From the IMG/VR virus record IMGVR_UViG_3300032335_001124, positions 1-58,018 of that record: 58,018 bases of DNA. One strand, given 5' to 3'. The translations under genes and the position numbers were made by a program. This DNA is from a virus. Its lineage: Duplodnaviria > Caudoviricetes. The notes under the pieces were generated by a model, which was not told the origin of the DNA, ran no database searches, and saw only the letters and a program-made list of their open reading frames with translations. Shown piece by piece: positions 1 through 9,568 of the stretch; the stretch's first letter is position 1; each line of letters begins with the position of its first letter.

Positions 1-896
1 CTGAGATCAACGCCCCCATTATCCAAAGGATTCAACGTACAATAATTCCCCCTCACCTCACCACCCACGCCAGTGTCCGACTGCGACCCATTAGTGGGGG
101 AGTCTACGAGGCTGTCATTCCCAGCACCAGCGGTAACGGATAAGTTATTAGTTGTCCATGTATTCCCATTGCCGCTGCTATCAGTGCCCAGCGCAGCGGT
201 AGTGGAGTTATCGTTAAATCTTAAATAAAAACCATTGGTGCCATAACTGCCGGTGTAAGCCTTAGGAATCAGTTGCCCAGTAGTGGCATCGGTTTCGGTG
301 AAACTGCTGGGGGTTAATGCTTGGCCGTCGATGAAGTGGATGTTGGTTAAGTAGCCGTCAAAATACTGAGATGCACCATTTTGGTATCGACCTATTGAAT
401 GTGGATCAGCGGCATTAAATTGCGGTGTTGAGTTTTGAGGTGGATAGGAAGCAGAACTGAAGTTGGTTACCTGCGTCCCGTTGATATAAATTTTATGTCT
501 ATCGGCTGCTGTCGCCTGTGTTGTGTCCATTACAACAACAAGATGATACCAAGCAGATGGATCTCTATAAAGCGGTGTCGTGTAAATTGCATATCCAGTA
601 CCTCCAATTCTTATTTCACCACTAAGTTCATTGCTTGGAGTGAAATAAAATTCATACCTGTCGTTTACACTATTTGCAGCACTTAGGATGTTTTGGTAGA
701 CAGCTCCAAGTCCACCTCTCTTCACCCACCCGCTCCACGTCCAAGTTGTTCTTGTCCCCGCTACTGCCGGGGTCCGAGACAAGTAGGCACTGTCACTACT
801 GTTGAATCTGAGACTACGCTCTATCTGCAAACCACCAGCACTAGCGGCGGCTAGAGAAGAACCCAGAAAAAACGGGCTGGCTGACCCAGGTATCAC
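1..896 (-). CDS. LamG/concanavalin A-like tail fibre or receptor-binding protein, partial (runs off the window start)
   Basis: Absent from the ORF track. GTG at 896 overlaps the TGA of the upstream gene (GTGA). Translates MIPGSASPFFLG...IERSLRFNSSDSAYLSRTP...TWTWSGWVKR, a typical phage LamG-domain start. Confidence 0.8.
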   Translation of the reverse strand, partial: MIPGSASPFFLGSSLAAASAGGLQIERSLRFNSSDSAYLSRTPAVAGTRTTWTWSGWVKRGGLGAVYQNILSAANSVNDRYEFYFTPSNELSGEIRIGGTGYAIYTTPLYRDPSAWYHLVVVMDTTQATAADRHKIYINGTQVTNFSSASYPPQNSTPQFNAADPHSIGRYQNGASQYFDGYLTNIHFIDGQALTPSSFTETDATTGQLIPKAYTGSYGTNGFYLRFNDNSTTAALGTDSSGNGNTWTTNNLSVTAGAGNDSLVDSPTNGSQSDTGVGGEVRGNYCTLNPLDNGGVDL

Positions 897-1705
897 TGGG
901 AACCTCCAGAATAAGCAGCAGTCAAGATAGCAATTACGCGAGTAGGAGACACAACGTAGTAAGCTAAAGCGTCTATACCACTAGCTGCTGTCGTTAGTGT
1001 AGGAGCAGTTCCACCTTGGAATGCCCACGAACCACTATAAGCCAGTGTGCGGCTACCGGTATTATCTTGGCGAATCGTGATGGCCCCGGATTGACCTCCA
1101 CTTGCATTAACCGGACCGGCAAAGGTAGCGTTCGAAGCTAAAGTAACTTGAAAGTTATTACCTGTCGAAAAATCAACTAGGAGAACACCAGAACTTGTAA
1201 TGGTGTTGATCGTACCAAACGATTGTTTATTTACAATGACGGTGCCACTGATTACGCCGCCAGTCTTGTCGTATTTGTTGCTTAAATCTGCAAGAGCGGC
1301 ATTGCCACTAGCTTGAGCTGTCGACGAATTAGTGAGAGCTGCATTACCACTAGCAAGCGCCGAAGTGCCGACAACTAATGCGGCATTACCAGAGGCTAGA
1401 GCAGTAGTCCCGACAACTAACGCGGCGTTACCTGACGCTAGTGCTGTAATACCAGTGCTGATACCTGCGTTTCCGCTGGCTTGAGCTGTAGCGGCATTTA
1501 CAAGCGCAGCATTACCAGATGCTTGTGCCGTTACTGCTGCACTAATACCCGCGTTACCACTAATTTGAGCGGAACCATCGATACCTAACTTATTACCTAC
1601 ATAAATCAGACCACTCGGAGCCGCCGCGAGCTCAACCGTAATATCACCTACAGGCAATTCGGAAAAAAGCCCGCTGACAATAACTAATGGTTTACGAGCA
1701 GCCAT
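893..1705 (-). CDS. tail fibre-like structural protein with 14-aa (TAxASGNAAL...) repeats
   Basis: About 7 tandem 14-aa repeats. The C-terminal DFSTGNNFQVTL...QDNTGSRTLAY...GTAPTLT domain is common in phage fibres. Confidence 0.7.
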   Translation of the reverse strand: MAARKPLVIVSGLFSELPVGDITVELAAAPSGLIYVGNKLGIDGSAQISGNAGISAAVTAQASGNAALVNAATAQASGNAGISTGITALASGNAALVVGTTALASGNAALVVGTSALASGNAALTNSSTAQASGNAALADLSNKYDKTGGVISGTVIVNKQSFGTINTITSSGVLLVDFSTGNNFQVTLASNATFAGPVNASGGQSGAITIRQDNTGSRTLAYSGSWAFQGGTAPTLTTAASGIDALAYYVVSPTRVIAILTAAYSGGSQ

Positions 1706-1737
1706 GAGTTTAATATTCTAAATTCAGTATAGCGAGG

Positions 1738-2244
1738 CTAAGTTAAAAGAGTCGGAGGTAAAATCTCAACTTCAATTTCTGTTGTGCTAAATGCTTTACC
1801 TAACGCAACTAAAGCTTGGTATTGATCTGTACCAGAAGCAGTAATTGAGCCGGAAGCTGTCGCATAACGAGTTAGCTGACCAGTATATTTCGACAAAAAG
1901 TAATACTCACCGGGTACGAGCGTAGATTCAGCAGTAATATTTGCTGCAGATACGACCGCTACATCATCTACGTTCACAGCCACGCCGGAAGTAACTCCTG
2001 CAGCACCTGCCGTAATTCCGATAGCACCAAAGTTAAAGGAGGCTATACCGCTTACAGCGCTCGCAGGGAAAACCAAAGCGCCACTTACGTAGACAACTGT
2101 ACCTTGAATTAAGTTAGCTCCTGCTGTGAAATTCTGTGTTGTGGGTAGCGAGGTTGTTACCCCGGCGCCATTTATCAGAAAAACTTCGACTCCGGCAGGA
2201 GAAAACGACGTATATTTACGATTAAAAATGGACCTATCGGCCAT
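1738..2244 (-). CDS. putative virion structural protein (cement/fibre-base-like)
   Basis: A/G/S/T-rich beta-type sequence (TAGANL..G.VVYV, L.PG..YFLS, LGKA.S.TEI); lies in the structural module. Confidence 0.5.
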   Translation of the reverse strand: MADRSIFNRKYTSFSPAGVEVFLINGAGVTTSLPTTQNFTAGANLIQGTVVYVSGALVFPASAVSGIASFNFGAIGITAGAAGVTSGVAVNVDDVAVVSAANITAESTLVPGEYYFLSKYTGQLTRYATASGSITASGTDQYQALVALGKAFSTTEIEVEILPPTLLT

Positions 2245-2294
2245 GGCCCTTTAAATAAGTACTTCTAGTTTAATCATACCACTGAGGTAAAGTA

Positions 2295-2684
2295 TTAAAG
2301 TGGTGCGGTAACAAAAACAGGTCGACCAATTTCAATATTTATACCAGAACTAGAAACAGCTCGGCCAAGAGGGACAAGATACGCGGAAGAAAGAGCAGAA
2401 GAATTAAGTTCTGTTTGAAATGCAGTATAAGAGGGTTGAATAGTCCCAGATGTTATGGAAAGATAAGGAATATTTCCTGCTGTTTGACCCGAAAAAATAT
2501 ACTGGATACTGTCTTTGTCTACACGAACAAGTCCTTGTGCAGACGCAGAATCCAGTGCGACACCGATGCATTTAGCGTTACTTAAAGTTGCAGCAGAAGA
2601 TGGGTAAATAGTTCCGCTTGACCCTACAGTTACGGGCTGGCCTGCAGTTATGGATGTTAGAGCCCTAAAACTTACAAGCGCCAT
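2295..2684 (-). CDS. putative virion structural protein, resembling 1738..2244
   Basis: Same pattern as the neighbour (ITAGQPV, IGVAL, YLS, LGRAVS..INIEI). Confidence 0.5.
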   Translation of the reverse strand: MALVSFRALTSITAGQPVTVGSSGTIYPSSAATLSNAKCIGVALDSASAQGLVRVDKDSIQYIFSGQTAGNIPYLSITSGTIQPSYTAFQTELNSSALSSAYLVPLGRAVSSSGINIEIGRPVFVTAPL

Positions 2685-2708
2685 GTTAAAAGCATATCTA
2701 AATAAAGT

Positions 2709-2831
2709 TTAGCCTTTACCTTGACCACGTGATTTTTTACGCCCGTGGTTCGGTTTAGAGTGAAGTCCATTACCTTGCTTAGTCCGCTTAGGCTTGGATT
2801 CTATTTTATTAGTGGGAGACTTGGCTGACAT
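2709..2831 (-). CDS. small basic protein (40 aa)
   Basis: Hand translation: MSAKSPTNKIESKPKRTKQGNGLHSKPNHGRKKSRGQGKG. The K.T.QG...RGQG pattern resembles small phage proteins. Confidence 0.6.
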   Translation of the reverse strand: MSAKSPTNKIESKPKRTKQGNGLHSKPNHGRKKSRGQGKG

Positions 2832-2858
2832 AAAAAAGTGGTTTAGGAAATAATACTA

Positions 2859-3623
2859 TTAAACCCAGGCCGTGCCGTTCCAGACTTTTAAAACACTTGT
2901 ACCGCTGTCGTACCAAAGATTACCTTGCTGACTAGGTGCTGGAGCAGCAACACCATAAGCGGCATTTCTAACGGAACCAGTTTCGTACCAACCAGAACTT
3001 GTGGCGTCGTAGATAAAGAGATTGCCTAGTAGCTGGTTGAACCACAAGGTGCCGTCCCTTGGAGGCGAATTTAAACCAGCGCCGGATGGAGGTAGTTCTG
3101 ACTTGACCGCAATTGCTTCAGAGTTGGTTTGGTACCAACCGTCGGCAGATACGCCAGTTCCACTTGCATAAATAAATAGACGCCCTTCGTTGGTATCGAA
3201 CCAAAGCGCACCTGGATTATACCCTGAACCAGGTGACCCAGAAATGACTGTGGGACTGGTAACTAAGCCAGAAACGCTGACACGACTACCGCTGTAAACG
3301 ACGTTTGTACTACCTTCGCCAACAACGCCGATATTAATAAGAGAGGATCCACCACTAGTAGTTATATAAACACCGGATCCGCCCACGATGCCGGAAACTA
3401 CAGCCGAAGCTTGAGTTGAAATACCTGAAATTGTGAGATTTAAATCTTCTAGGACTTGAACGACCCCGTCAAAGTTAGCGGCATAACCGCTGGGGTCCAT
3501 CATAAAACTTACAGTTCCCACACCGCTGACCGTGTAAATAATATCTGTTACAACGTCAATTATACCCCGAAAATTCGCTTCATGAAGGGCCTTTCTGGAA
3601 GGGTAGTGGATACACGCCGCCAT
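2859..3623 (-). CDS. putative tail/fibre structural protein
   Basis: Three G.LW[FY]D.....L.[IV][YW] repeats; rich in Ser-Gly. Confidence 0.6.
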   Translation of the reverse strand: MAACIHYPSRKALHEANFRGIIDVVTDIIYTVSGVGTVSFMMDPSGYAANFDGVVQVLEDLNLTISGISTQASAVVSGIVGGSGVYITTSGGSSLINIGVVGEGSTNVVYSGSRVSVSGLVTSPTVISGSPGSGYNPGALWFDTNEGRLFIYASGTGVSADGWYQTNSEAIAVKSELPPSGAGLNSPPRDGTLWFNQLLGNLFIYDATSSGWYETGSVRNAAYGVAAPAPSQQGNLWYDSGTSVLKVWNGTAWV

Positions 3624-3679
3624 CGTATATTTACCCGAGAATACTCTAGTTTAGACACTACCTTCGTATTCTAAAGATT

Positions 3680-3844
3680 TTACCTCTTCTTGAGACTATA
3701 TAAGTCAACCGGATGTTTAAAACCTTCTTCAGCAATCATCCAAGCTGGAATATTTAAAATTTCAGCCTGACGTTTGCACTCTTCCCAAAAAGATAAATCA
3801 GGAGCTGCTTGCTTTTCTAAAACAGCAGAAGGCACTACGACCAT
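3680..3844 (-). CDS. hypothetical protein (54 aa)
   Basis: Hand translation: MVVVPSAVLEKQAAPDLSFWEECKRQAEILNIPAWMIAEEGF... Confidence 0.45.
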   Translation of the reverse strand: MVVVPSAVLEKQAAPDLSFWEECKRQAEILNIPAWMIAEEGFKHPVDLYSLKKR

Positions 3845-4186
3845 GGTTTGCTCTAGAAATGAAGTGGATAACTACATACTAACAGGGAATGTAAAGATAT
3901 GTCAAATATTTGGCAGGCCACGGTTGATTTTGAGTCATACTAAAATCAAAAAACCTTGCTGGAACTGGAAATTAGTCTTGAATTGCGCTTTAAATGAAAT
4001 CTTTAAATATATTTAAAAATTAAATTAGTAAGACTACTTCTAAATGCGACTTTACCCGCAAGTAAAAAGTCTTTAAATAAACGTATCACCTAGCAATTTC
4101 CGACTCGGAACGAAATAGTAAAAAAGAAGTTTAAATTCTATGTCGAACCCAGAAACACTATGCTATGGTGAGGCACATACCTCACT

Positions 4187-4885
4187 GTGAGCATGATCTA
4201 CCTGGATTCTTACGTTGCCGTCTTTGGGCTGATTGTCCGCACTCCGCCAGACCCGCCAGAAGGGCCAGTCTTAAAAGAATACGATTTAGACTCATTTAGA
4301 GTCGTTGAGCAGGCCAAAACAGCCACGCTGCACTGCAAATGCAGACGTAGCGACCCCTTTACTCTCTCCCTTGCGGATCTGTCGCGGATCCACCCTGTAA
4401 GGGGCTTCTATGCTTGCCCAACGTGCTTACAAGAGCTTCACTCGGCTCGTACGGTCGCTCAAAAAGTTGCTGTCTGGTTACGACAGAACAACCCATCCAT
4501 AACACCCTTAAAGCACCTATTTCTCCCCAATAACTTGACCCGCTTTATGGATCCAGAATCCAGATTGGCTACGAGACCGCGCCGGTTTATTTACAGCAGC
4601 TATTACGATGTCGATTTAAGTTCTAAAGAAAACATTATTTCTACTTGTGACGAGCCACACTGTGTAAACCCTTTACATTGTCAGGTCGCTAACAGCCCTG
4701 CTACTAAAATTACATCCCAAATGGTGGAGGACACCGCAAAATGGATACAAAAAGGTATATCAAACAAAACACTTCAAGAACTCATAGAGATAAAGTACAG
4801 AGTCTCTTTAAGTATGCGCAGCATAAACAACATAAAGCGATCAGCGATCTTGTTAACCGAAACGCAGACTTGTTGTACGTGCTAA
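4187..4885 (+). CDS. Zn-binding protein with a degenerate His-Me finger (HNH-like) domain
   Basis: CxC and CxxC motifs. STCDEPHCVNPLHC resembles HxCDNPxCVNPxHL but lacks the catalytic His. Confidence 0.55.
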   Translation: MSMIYLDSYVAVFGLIVRTPPDPPEGPVLKEYDLDSFRVVEQAKTATLHCKCRRSDPFTLSLADLSRIHPVRGFYACPTCLQELHSARTVAQKVAVWLRQNNPSITPLKHLFLPNNLTRFMDPESRLATRPRRFIYSSYYDVDLSSKENIISTCDEPHCVNPLHCQVANSPATKITSQMVEDTAKWIQKGISNKTLQELIEIKYRVSLSMRSINNIKRSAILLTETQTCCTC

Positions 4886-5091
4886 TCTACCAGCGGGTAA
4901 TGTCCGCTAATGAACTTATTAAATTCTTAGAGTTCCCAAAAGCTAGAGTTTTTAAAGGTCTCAAAGAACTTAAAAATTGCAATTTTGTAATTCAGGTGAA
5001 CTTTGAAATCCATACTCTCTACGCCATAAACGGCCATTATCTTCACTTTATCAAAACCCTACTTCGATACGATGAGCTATCCGGAATCTAA
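4741..5091 (+). CDS. winged-helix DNA-binding protein
   Basis: MSANELIKFLEFPKARVFKGLKELKNCNFV is an HTH pattern followed by a beta-hairpin. Confidence 0.55.
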   Translation: MDTKRYIKQNTSRTHRDKVQSLFKYAQHKQHKAISDLVNRNADLLYVLIYQRVMSANELIKFLEFPKARVFKGLKELKNCNFVIQVNFEIHTLYAINGHYLHFIKTLLRYDELSGI

Positions 5092-5488
5092 GCCTTGCCT
5101 CTGGAATGAAAAATACGTCATTGAAAACTTGCCTTCTTGGTTGTACTCTGACAATCAAGAACCAAATTCGGCGATGGAGTGTAAAGCTAAAATATCAGCT
5201 TTGCAATACACCATTCAAGACATTGACTTACAGATTGAGATACGTGAACTTGAATTAAAAAATGGTCTTAGTCGCCACGGATCGGCTTTTGAGTTTGAAA
5301 AGTGGAAAGCACAAGCATTAAGAGCCAAACAAACGCACACCTACTTGCTGAATGCGTACAGCTACTGGCTGCTACTAAACGAAAAAGATACTTCGATTCT
5401 TAATACTTCTGAAATACTCAGAAAACTAATAAAACTTTTAATAGAAGAACCAAAGGATTTTACCGCGCAACTAGAGGAACTGCTGTAA
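5072..5488 (+). CDS. hypothetical coiled-coil protein
   Basis: ORF in an operon with overlapping start/stop; helical pattern. Confidence 0.6.
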   Translation: MSYPESKPCLWNEKYVIENLPSWLYSDNQEPNSAMECKAKISALQYTIQDIDLQIEIRELELKNGLSRHGSAFEFEKWKAQALRAKQTHTYLLNAYSYWLLLNEKDTSILNTSEILRKLIKLLIEEPKDFTAQLEELL

Positions 5489-5497
5489 ACTATGACT

Positions 5498-5617
5498 GCC
5501 GGTTATTGAAAGAAGGGTCTTTAACCGGTAACGTGGAGGCGCTAGGACTTTTCACCCTTTCGGCCTAGCAGTAATCGATCTCTTGTGCCTGGTACCAGGT
5601 GCTGGAGCGACCTCCCA
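5498..5617 (+). ncRNA. candidate structured 5' leader RNA
   Basis: Stems ccggtta/taaccgg, ggagg/cctcc, gctagg/cctagc and gcctgg/ccaggt in an ORF-free gap after TAAACT. Confidence 0.35.
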
Positions 5618-5633
5618 TTTATTTTAAAAAATC

Positions 5634-5978
5634 ATGTACGGATTTAAAGAAACACTAACGGCTTCACTACCAATCAAAGAACTTCTTGAAATTTTTCGAA
5701 GCATCGACACATCCCTACAAGTGTTGTCAAACACAAAATCTGGAAATGTAACCACGGCATTTATCAACAAAAAAGCTATAGCGGAACGAATGGGTGTTAA
5801 CCCTGTAACAATAGATAAACTGATTCATCAAGGTATTACTTCAAAAGGAAAATCTGGCTTAGTTGAAGGAAGACATTACTGTAAAATAGATCCGACGGAA
5901 AACAATACCAGTAACTTTCTATATGACTCTGCTAAAGTCCTAGCAGACGCTTGGAAATCCTTCCAAAACTATGATTAA
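5634..5978 (+). CDS. HTH (excisionase/MerR-like) DNA-binding protein
   Basis: FINKKAIAERMGVNPVTIDKLI...GLVEGRHY. Confidence 0.6.
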   Translation: MYGFKETLTASLPIKELLEIFRSIDTSLQVLSNTKSGNVTTAFINKKAIAERMGVNPVTIDKLIHQGITSKGKSGLVEGRHYCKIDPTENNTSNFLYDSAKVLADAWKSFQNYD

Positions 5979-6387
5979 TCTCGGAGAAAAAGCAAAAAAA
6001 CTAGCTGCCTCTTTGTTCGGAGTCAACGAAGTTAAGAATCGTATTGCAAAAAATACGATGAAGCTCTTGGTAAATGACATTGCGACCCTTAACTCACAGT
6101 TTGCTGAGGCAAAAGGGGAAGGAGCTCTGTTTTTTAACCCAAGTAAGCCAAATCAAAGTCAATACCTGACTCTTAAAGAGATTCAAAATGATATCTCATT
6201 AGCTGAAGAAGTATATGATGTTTCCACAGCAGAATTTTTAAAAAAACTGATAAACATGGTGCAGAAAGAAGATGTGAAAAAAAGTCCAGTTGTAGTGATG
6301 GTCAATTACACAGGTTTATCCGCTCATAGGTTAGATTTAGAAGATCTTGATGAACGCATCGATACTTTGATAAATGCCGTTAGCTGA
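5971..6387 (+). CDS. hypothetical protein
   Basis: ORF track; overlaps its neighbours in operon fashion. Confidence 0.6.
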   Translation: MINLGEKAKKLAASLFGVNEVKNRIAKNTMKLLVNDIATLNSQFAEAKGEGALFFNPSKPNQSQYLTLKEIQNDISLAEEVYDVSTAEFLKKLINMVQKEDVKKSPVVVMVNYTGLSAHRLDLEDLDERIDTLINAVS

Positions 6388-6952
6388 CAGGGATTTTGTT
6401 TCACCTCCAGAAATAATTGGTGTAACTACTTCTTTTTTTGACGGTCAAATAGAGTTAGACCCTGCTTCTAGCGATACAGCTAACCAATTGGTGTGCGCAA
6501 ACAAGTATTTTACGCACGACCATAACGGACTAAAGCAAACCTGGAAAGCAAAAAACATATATCTTTATCCGCCTAGAGATTTTTTATTTAGCAGCGAACA
6601 ACCAACAGATACAAATGTATTTTTTAAAAAAAGAAGGTTTGTTAAGTCTGCTCAAAGAATCTGGTTAGAAGAATGTTTAAAAAAATACAGAAAAAACGAA
6701 TTTGACGAAGCTATTGTTTTTTTAACTTCCACGGAGGTTGCGTTGCTTGTTACGCAACGTTTAGACATAGACATGCCTATATGTATCTTAAATAAGAGAC
6801 CAGAACTTTATATAGATGCGCCTGGACTACCTAAATTACTAAACACAAAATGTTTTGGTTTTATACTTTATTTTCCACGCTTGATAAACCCTAAAAACAG
6901 AATTACAGAGTTTATTGATTTGTATAGTGATCTTGGCCGTGTATATTGTTAA
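6374..6952 (+). CDS. phage N6-adenine DNA methyltransferase-like protein with a degenerate catalytic motif
   Basis: IELDPASS..AN..V.A..YF...NGL...W matches the family, but YPPR replaces NPPY. Confidence 0.65.
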   Translation: MPLADRDFVSPPEIIGVTTSFFDGQIELDPASSDTANQLVCANKYFTHDHNGLKQTWKAKNIYLYPPRDFLFSSEQPTDTNVFFKKRRFVKSAQRIWLEECLKKYRKNEFDEAIVFLTSTEVALLVTQRLDIDMPICILNKRPELYIDAPGLPKLLNTKCFGFILYFPRLINPKNRITEFIDLYSDLGRVYC

Positions 6953-7250
6953 AGTTTTCTTTGGTATTAAAAGAATCATCGGGGCCGTAACGGTCACCTA
7001 CGCCAAAACCTAACCCTACAGGACCACTCAAAGAAGCATATCTTAGATTTTTACGTTTTAAATCTTTTTTTTCTTCTGTTTCAGAAGTTTGCCAGATTTT
7101 TCCCGCAATTCGTAAAGGTAAATATTTATCTAACCTTTTTCCATATTTCTGTAAAGGTTTTACACCAGCATATTCAACTCGGCTTTCATGTAAAGAAGGT
7201 CGAATGTGGTTAAACATTGTATTTGTAGAGTCCTTGCATGGACCCAACAT
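6912..7250 (-). CDS. hypothetical protein (probable start at MFNHIRPS)
   Basis: ORF track; last gene of a minus-strand run. Confidence 0.45.
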   Translation of the reverse strand: MLGPCKDSTNTMFNHIRPSLHESRVEYAGVKPLQKYGKRLDKYLPLRIAGKIWQTSETEEKKDLKRKNLRYASLSGPVGLGFGVGDRYGPDDSFNTKENFNNIHGQDHYTNQ

Positions 7251-7926
7251 CTGACCGCTGAGTTGGAGGCGCAGCAGCCATCCTCATAAAGTAAGGGTTA
7301 TATAAGTTTGAAAAAGCTTGACTTCCTTGAACACTTTGAAATGCTTGAATAGGAGCAGACAAAGTTCCATATAAACGAGAAGCACCACGCTCACTTGTCC
7401 CGGCAAGTAAACCTGTTCCCGCTGCCGTTGTCCCTCTTAGACTACCAACATTAGAACTAGCTAAGTTTGCTAAATTCTGTGTAGCCGCTTTAGTTGTATC
7501 TACAGCCGCTCTTGCATAACCAGAAGCTTGTGACGCCACTCTTTGAGAGGAAGCGTCTGATGCCGTACCAATAGCAGAATTAATTTTGCCCATATCGTAC
7601 ATTACCTTTGTTCCGTAATCCTTCATTTGGCCGCCAATGGCGCCCATAGCATTTCTATAAGAAGGAGACGATAAAAGCTTAGGATCAAAATTCTTTATAG
7701 AAGCTTCGTGTTTTGCAACAGCAGCATCTATTGTAGATTTAAAATAATCTCTAAACTTTTTAGATAAATCTGAAGTTTTAGTGCCGGTTAGAGTATCTAT
7801 GCTGCCAAGAACACCTGCTTGTTTAGATGTGTAATCTTGCTCTCGACCTTCTGCTGCACCTTTGGTTGCAGCTTGCGCATTCATCGCAAGAATAGCACCC
7901 ATATTTGTAGCAAATCCGTCAGCCAT
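7210..7926 (-). CDS. putative internal virion/ejection protein
   Basis: A/G/S/Q-rich helical sequence, directly downstream of the lysozyme gene. Confidence 0.45.
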   Translation of the reverse strand: MADGFATNMGAILAMNAQAATKGAAEGREQDYTSKQAGVLGSIDTLTGTKTSDLSKKFRDYFKSTIDAAVAKHEASIKNFDPKLLSSPSYRNAMGAIGGQMKDYGTKVMYDMGKINSAIGTASDASSQRVASQASGYARAAVDTTKAATQNLANLASSNVGSLRGTTAAGTGLLAGTSERGASRLYGTLSAPIQAFQSVQGSQAFSNLYNPYFMRMAAAPPTQRSDVGSMQGLYKYNV

Positions 7927-9302
7927 TATCCAAAAACAGGAAGACCTTTCTCTATTCTACCACGAATAAAATCTTTAATCTTCTTAACCTCCGCGTCTGC
8001 TGAAGTAGAACCCGGATTAAAGAAATCCATAGAGATATGAGCCCCAGTAGTGGATCCAGTTCGCCCTTGAGTTCCTATGTACGTGCCTGGAGTTATTACA
8101 TCTCCTGGCTTAAGATTCTGGTTTAATTCATCAAAGTGCGCAATTAATGTATCTACTACTTTTCCTTGAGGTGTTTTAAACCTAAGCTCGACATTATTTC
8201 CGTAACCACGAGTGGTGGCTCCTTTCTCTAAATTAAACTCTCTGGGGTCTCTAGTTACTTTTAAAACTTCTGCTTGGAAAGGAGCTACAAATTTTGCTCC
8301 TCTTTTACCTCCCTCAATAACAAAGTCCATACCTTTCCCTCCAGTATCGTTCGGATTTGTTATAGAAACTCCTGTATAAGCAACCCCTTGTGACGGTTTT
8401 GCTGCAGTTTCAATATTTTTACCTGCGTTTTGAGCAAGATTACCTTGTCGCATGTTATTAACAAGTTGTTCCAAGTCAGAAGCAGCTTGGTTGTATCCTT
8501 GCTCTTCTTTTGCAACATTTAAATAACTGTTAACTAAATCAATAGGATCCTTCATAGGCGTTGTTTTGACCATAGCACTCATAGCTTGAGATCTATATAT
8601 TTCTGCGGCGTCTTGATTACGAGGGTCTTCACTGTCTTCTAACTCGGAGGCTAGTTGCAGTAAAGAAGAAGCCTGTAAATACTCATTTGGAGCATCCGTT
8701 TTTACAGCCGTAGAAGCAATTAAATTTTTAGAGATTGTTTCGTTTAATGCTTCATTAAAGTCAAAAGGTTTAACTTTAAAAGGAGTTGTCTCTGCATTTG
8801 CATTTGTTTGCTGATTAGGTACTTCGGCTTTAGCACCAAAACTAGGTAGATCTCCTAGAACACGTCTAGCGTTCTCATAAAGATCGCCCCCTTGCCGAAA
8901 ACGTTTTGCTGCACTAGAAACAGAAGTACCAAAAGAATCTTCCTTACCTAACGAAACATTTGGATTACCTCCTAAAACTGTTGCGTAAGCACGTTCAATC
9001 CCCATACCTGGCTTATACCCTCTGTCCAAAAGAAATTGAACAGCACTCGGCATCTGTTCCGCACGAGTATATTTACCAATACGAGAAGGATTTAAGTATT
9101 TTGCTCTTTCCCCCGGTCCGAATTGGATCATCCCATAGTGTTTTCCTCCCTCACCACCCCAAATATTGGGGTCCATATTGGTTCCTGACTCTAAGGAAAG
9201 AAACCCTCCTAATTCGTATGGATTAAGTTTTAATTTTTTTGCAGCCTCAAATATCGCTGCACGATCAGCCGGAGGTAAAGATCCAATGCGAGGGTTTGGC
9301 AT
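7926..9302 (-). CDS. virion-associated peptidoglycan hydrolase: lysozyme-like N-domain plus M23 peptidase C-domain
   Basis: N-term LESG..MDP...G.IQF. C-term GMDF...GYGNNVEL...AHF...GTQGRTGSTTGAHISMD. Likely ATG at 9302. Confidence 0.8.
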   Translation of the reverse strand: MPNPRIGSLPPADRAAIFEAAKKLKLNPYELGGFLSLESGTNMDPNIWGGEGGKHYGMIQFGPGERAKYLNPSRIGKYTRAEQMPSAVQFLLDRGYKPGMGIERAYATVLGGNPNVSLGKEDSFGTSVSSAAKRFRQGGDLYENARRVLGDLPSFGAKAEVPNQQTNANAETTPFKVKPFDFNEALNETISKNLIASTAVKTDAPNEYLQASSLLQLASELEDSEDPRNQDAAEIYRSQAMSAMVKTTPMKDPIDLVNSYLNVAKEEQGYNQAASDLEQLVNNMRQGNLAQNAGKNIETAAKPSQGVAYTGVSITNPNDTGGKGMDFVIEGGKRGAKFVAPFQAEVLKVTRDPREFNLEKGATTRGYGNNVELRFKTPQGKVVDTLIAHFDELNQNLKPGDVITPGTYIGTQGRTGSTTGAHISMDFFNPGSTSADAEVKKIKDFIRGRIEKGLPVFG

Positions 9303-9568
9303 AATTATCAGAGTTTTATCTAACCCAGTTTGATTCGGCCTTGAGACCTGGTGCAAATACGGCTTGGACAGACGTAATTAAGCTGAAAGTAACTGCAAGG
9401 TGGCGAACAAAGCTAGGGCAAAGAATCATCAAATTAAAGCAACAACACTGGCTCCCGCAAATCAAAAGATTTTTGTCCAGTTGGCTTGGGCTTACATGAG
9501 GAGCAAAGCCAAGAATAAATTTAACCTCGATATTACTTTAGCTAAACAAACAATAAATATAAAAAGTA

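Noticed and set aside
435-686. Plus-strand 83-aa ORF
   Set aside because: Antisense shadow of the LamG gene (1..896, minus).
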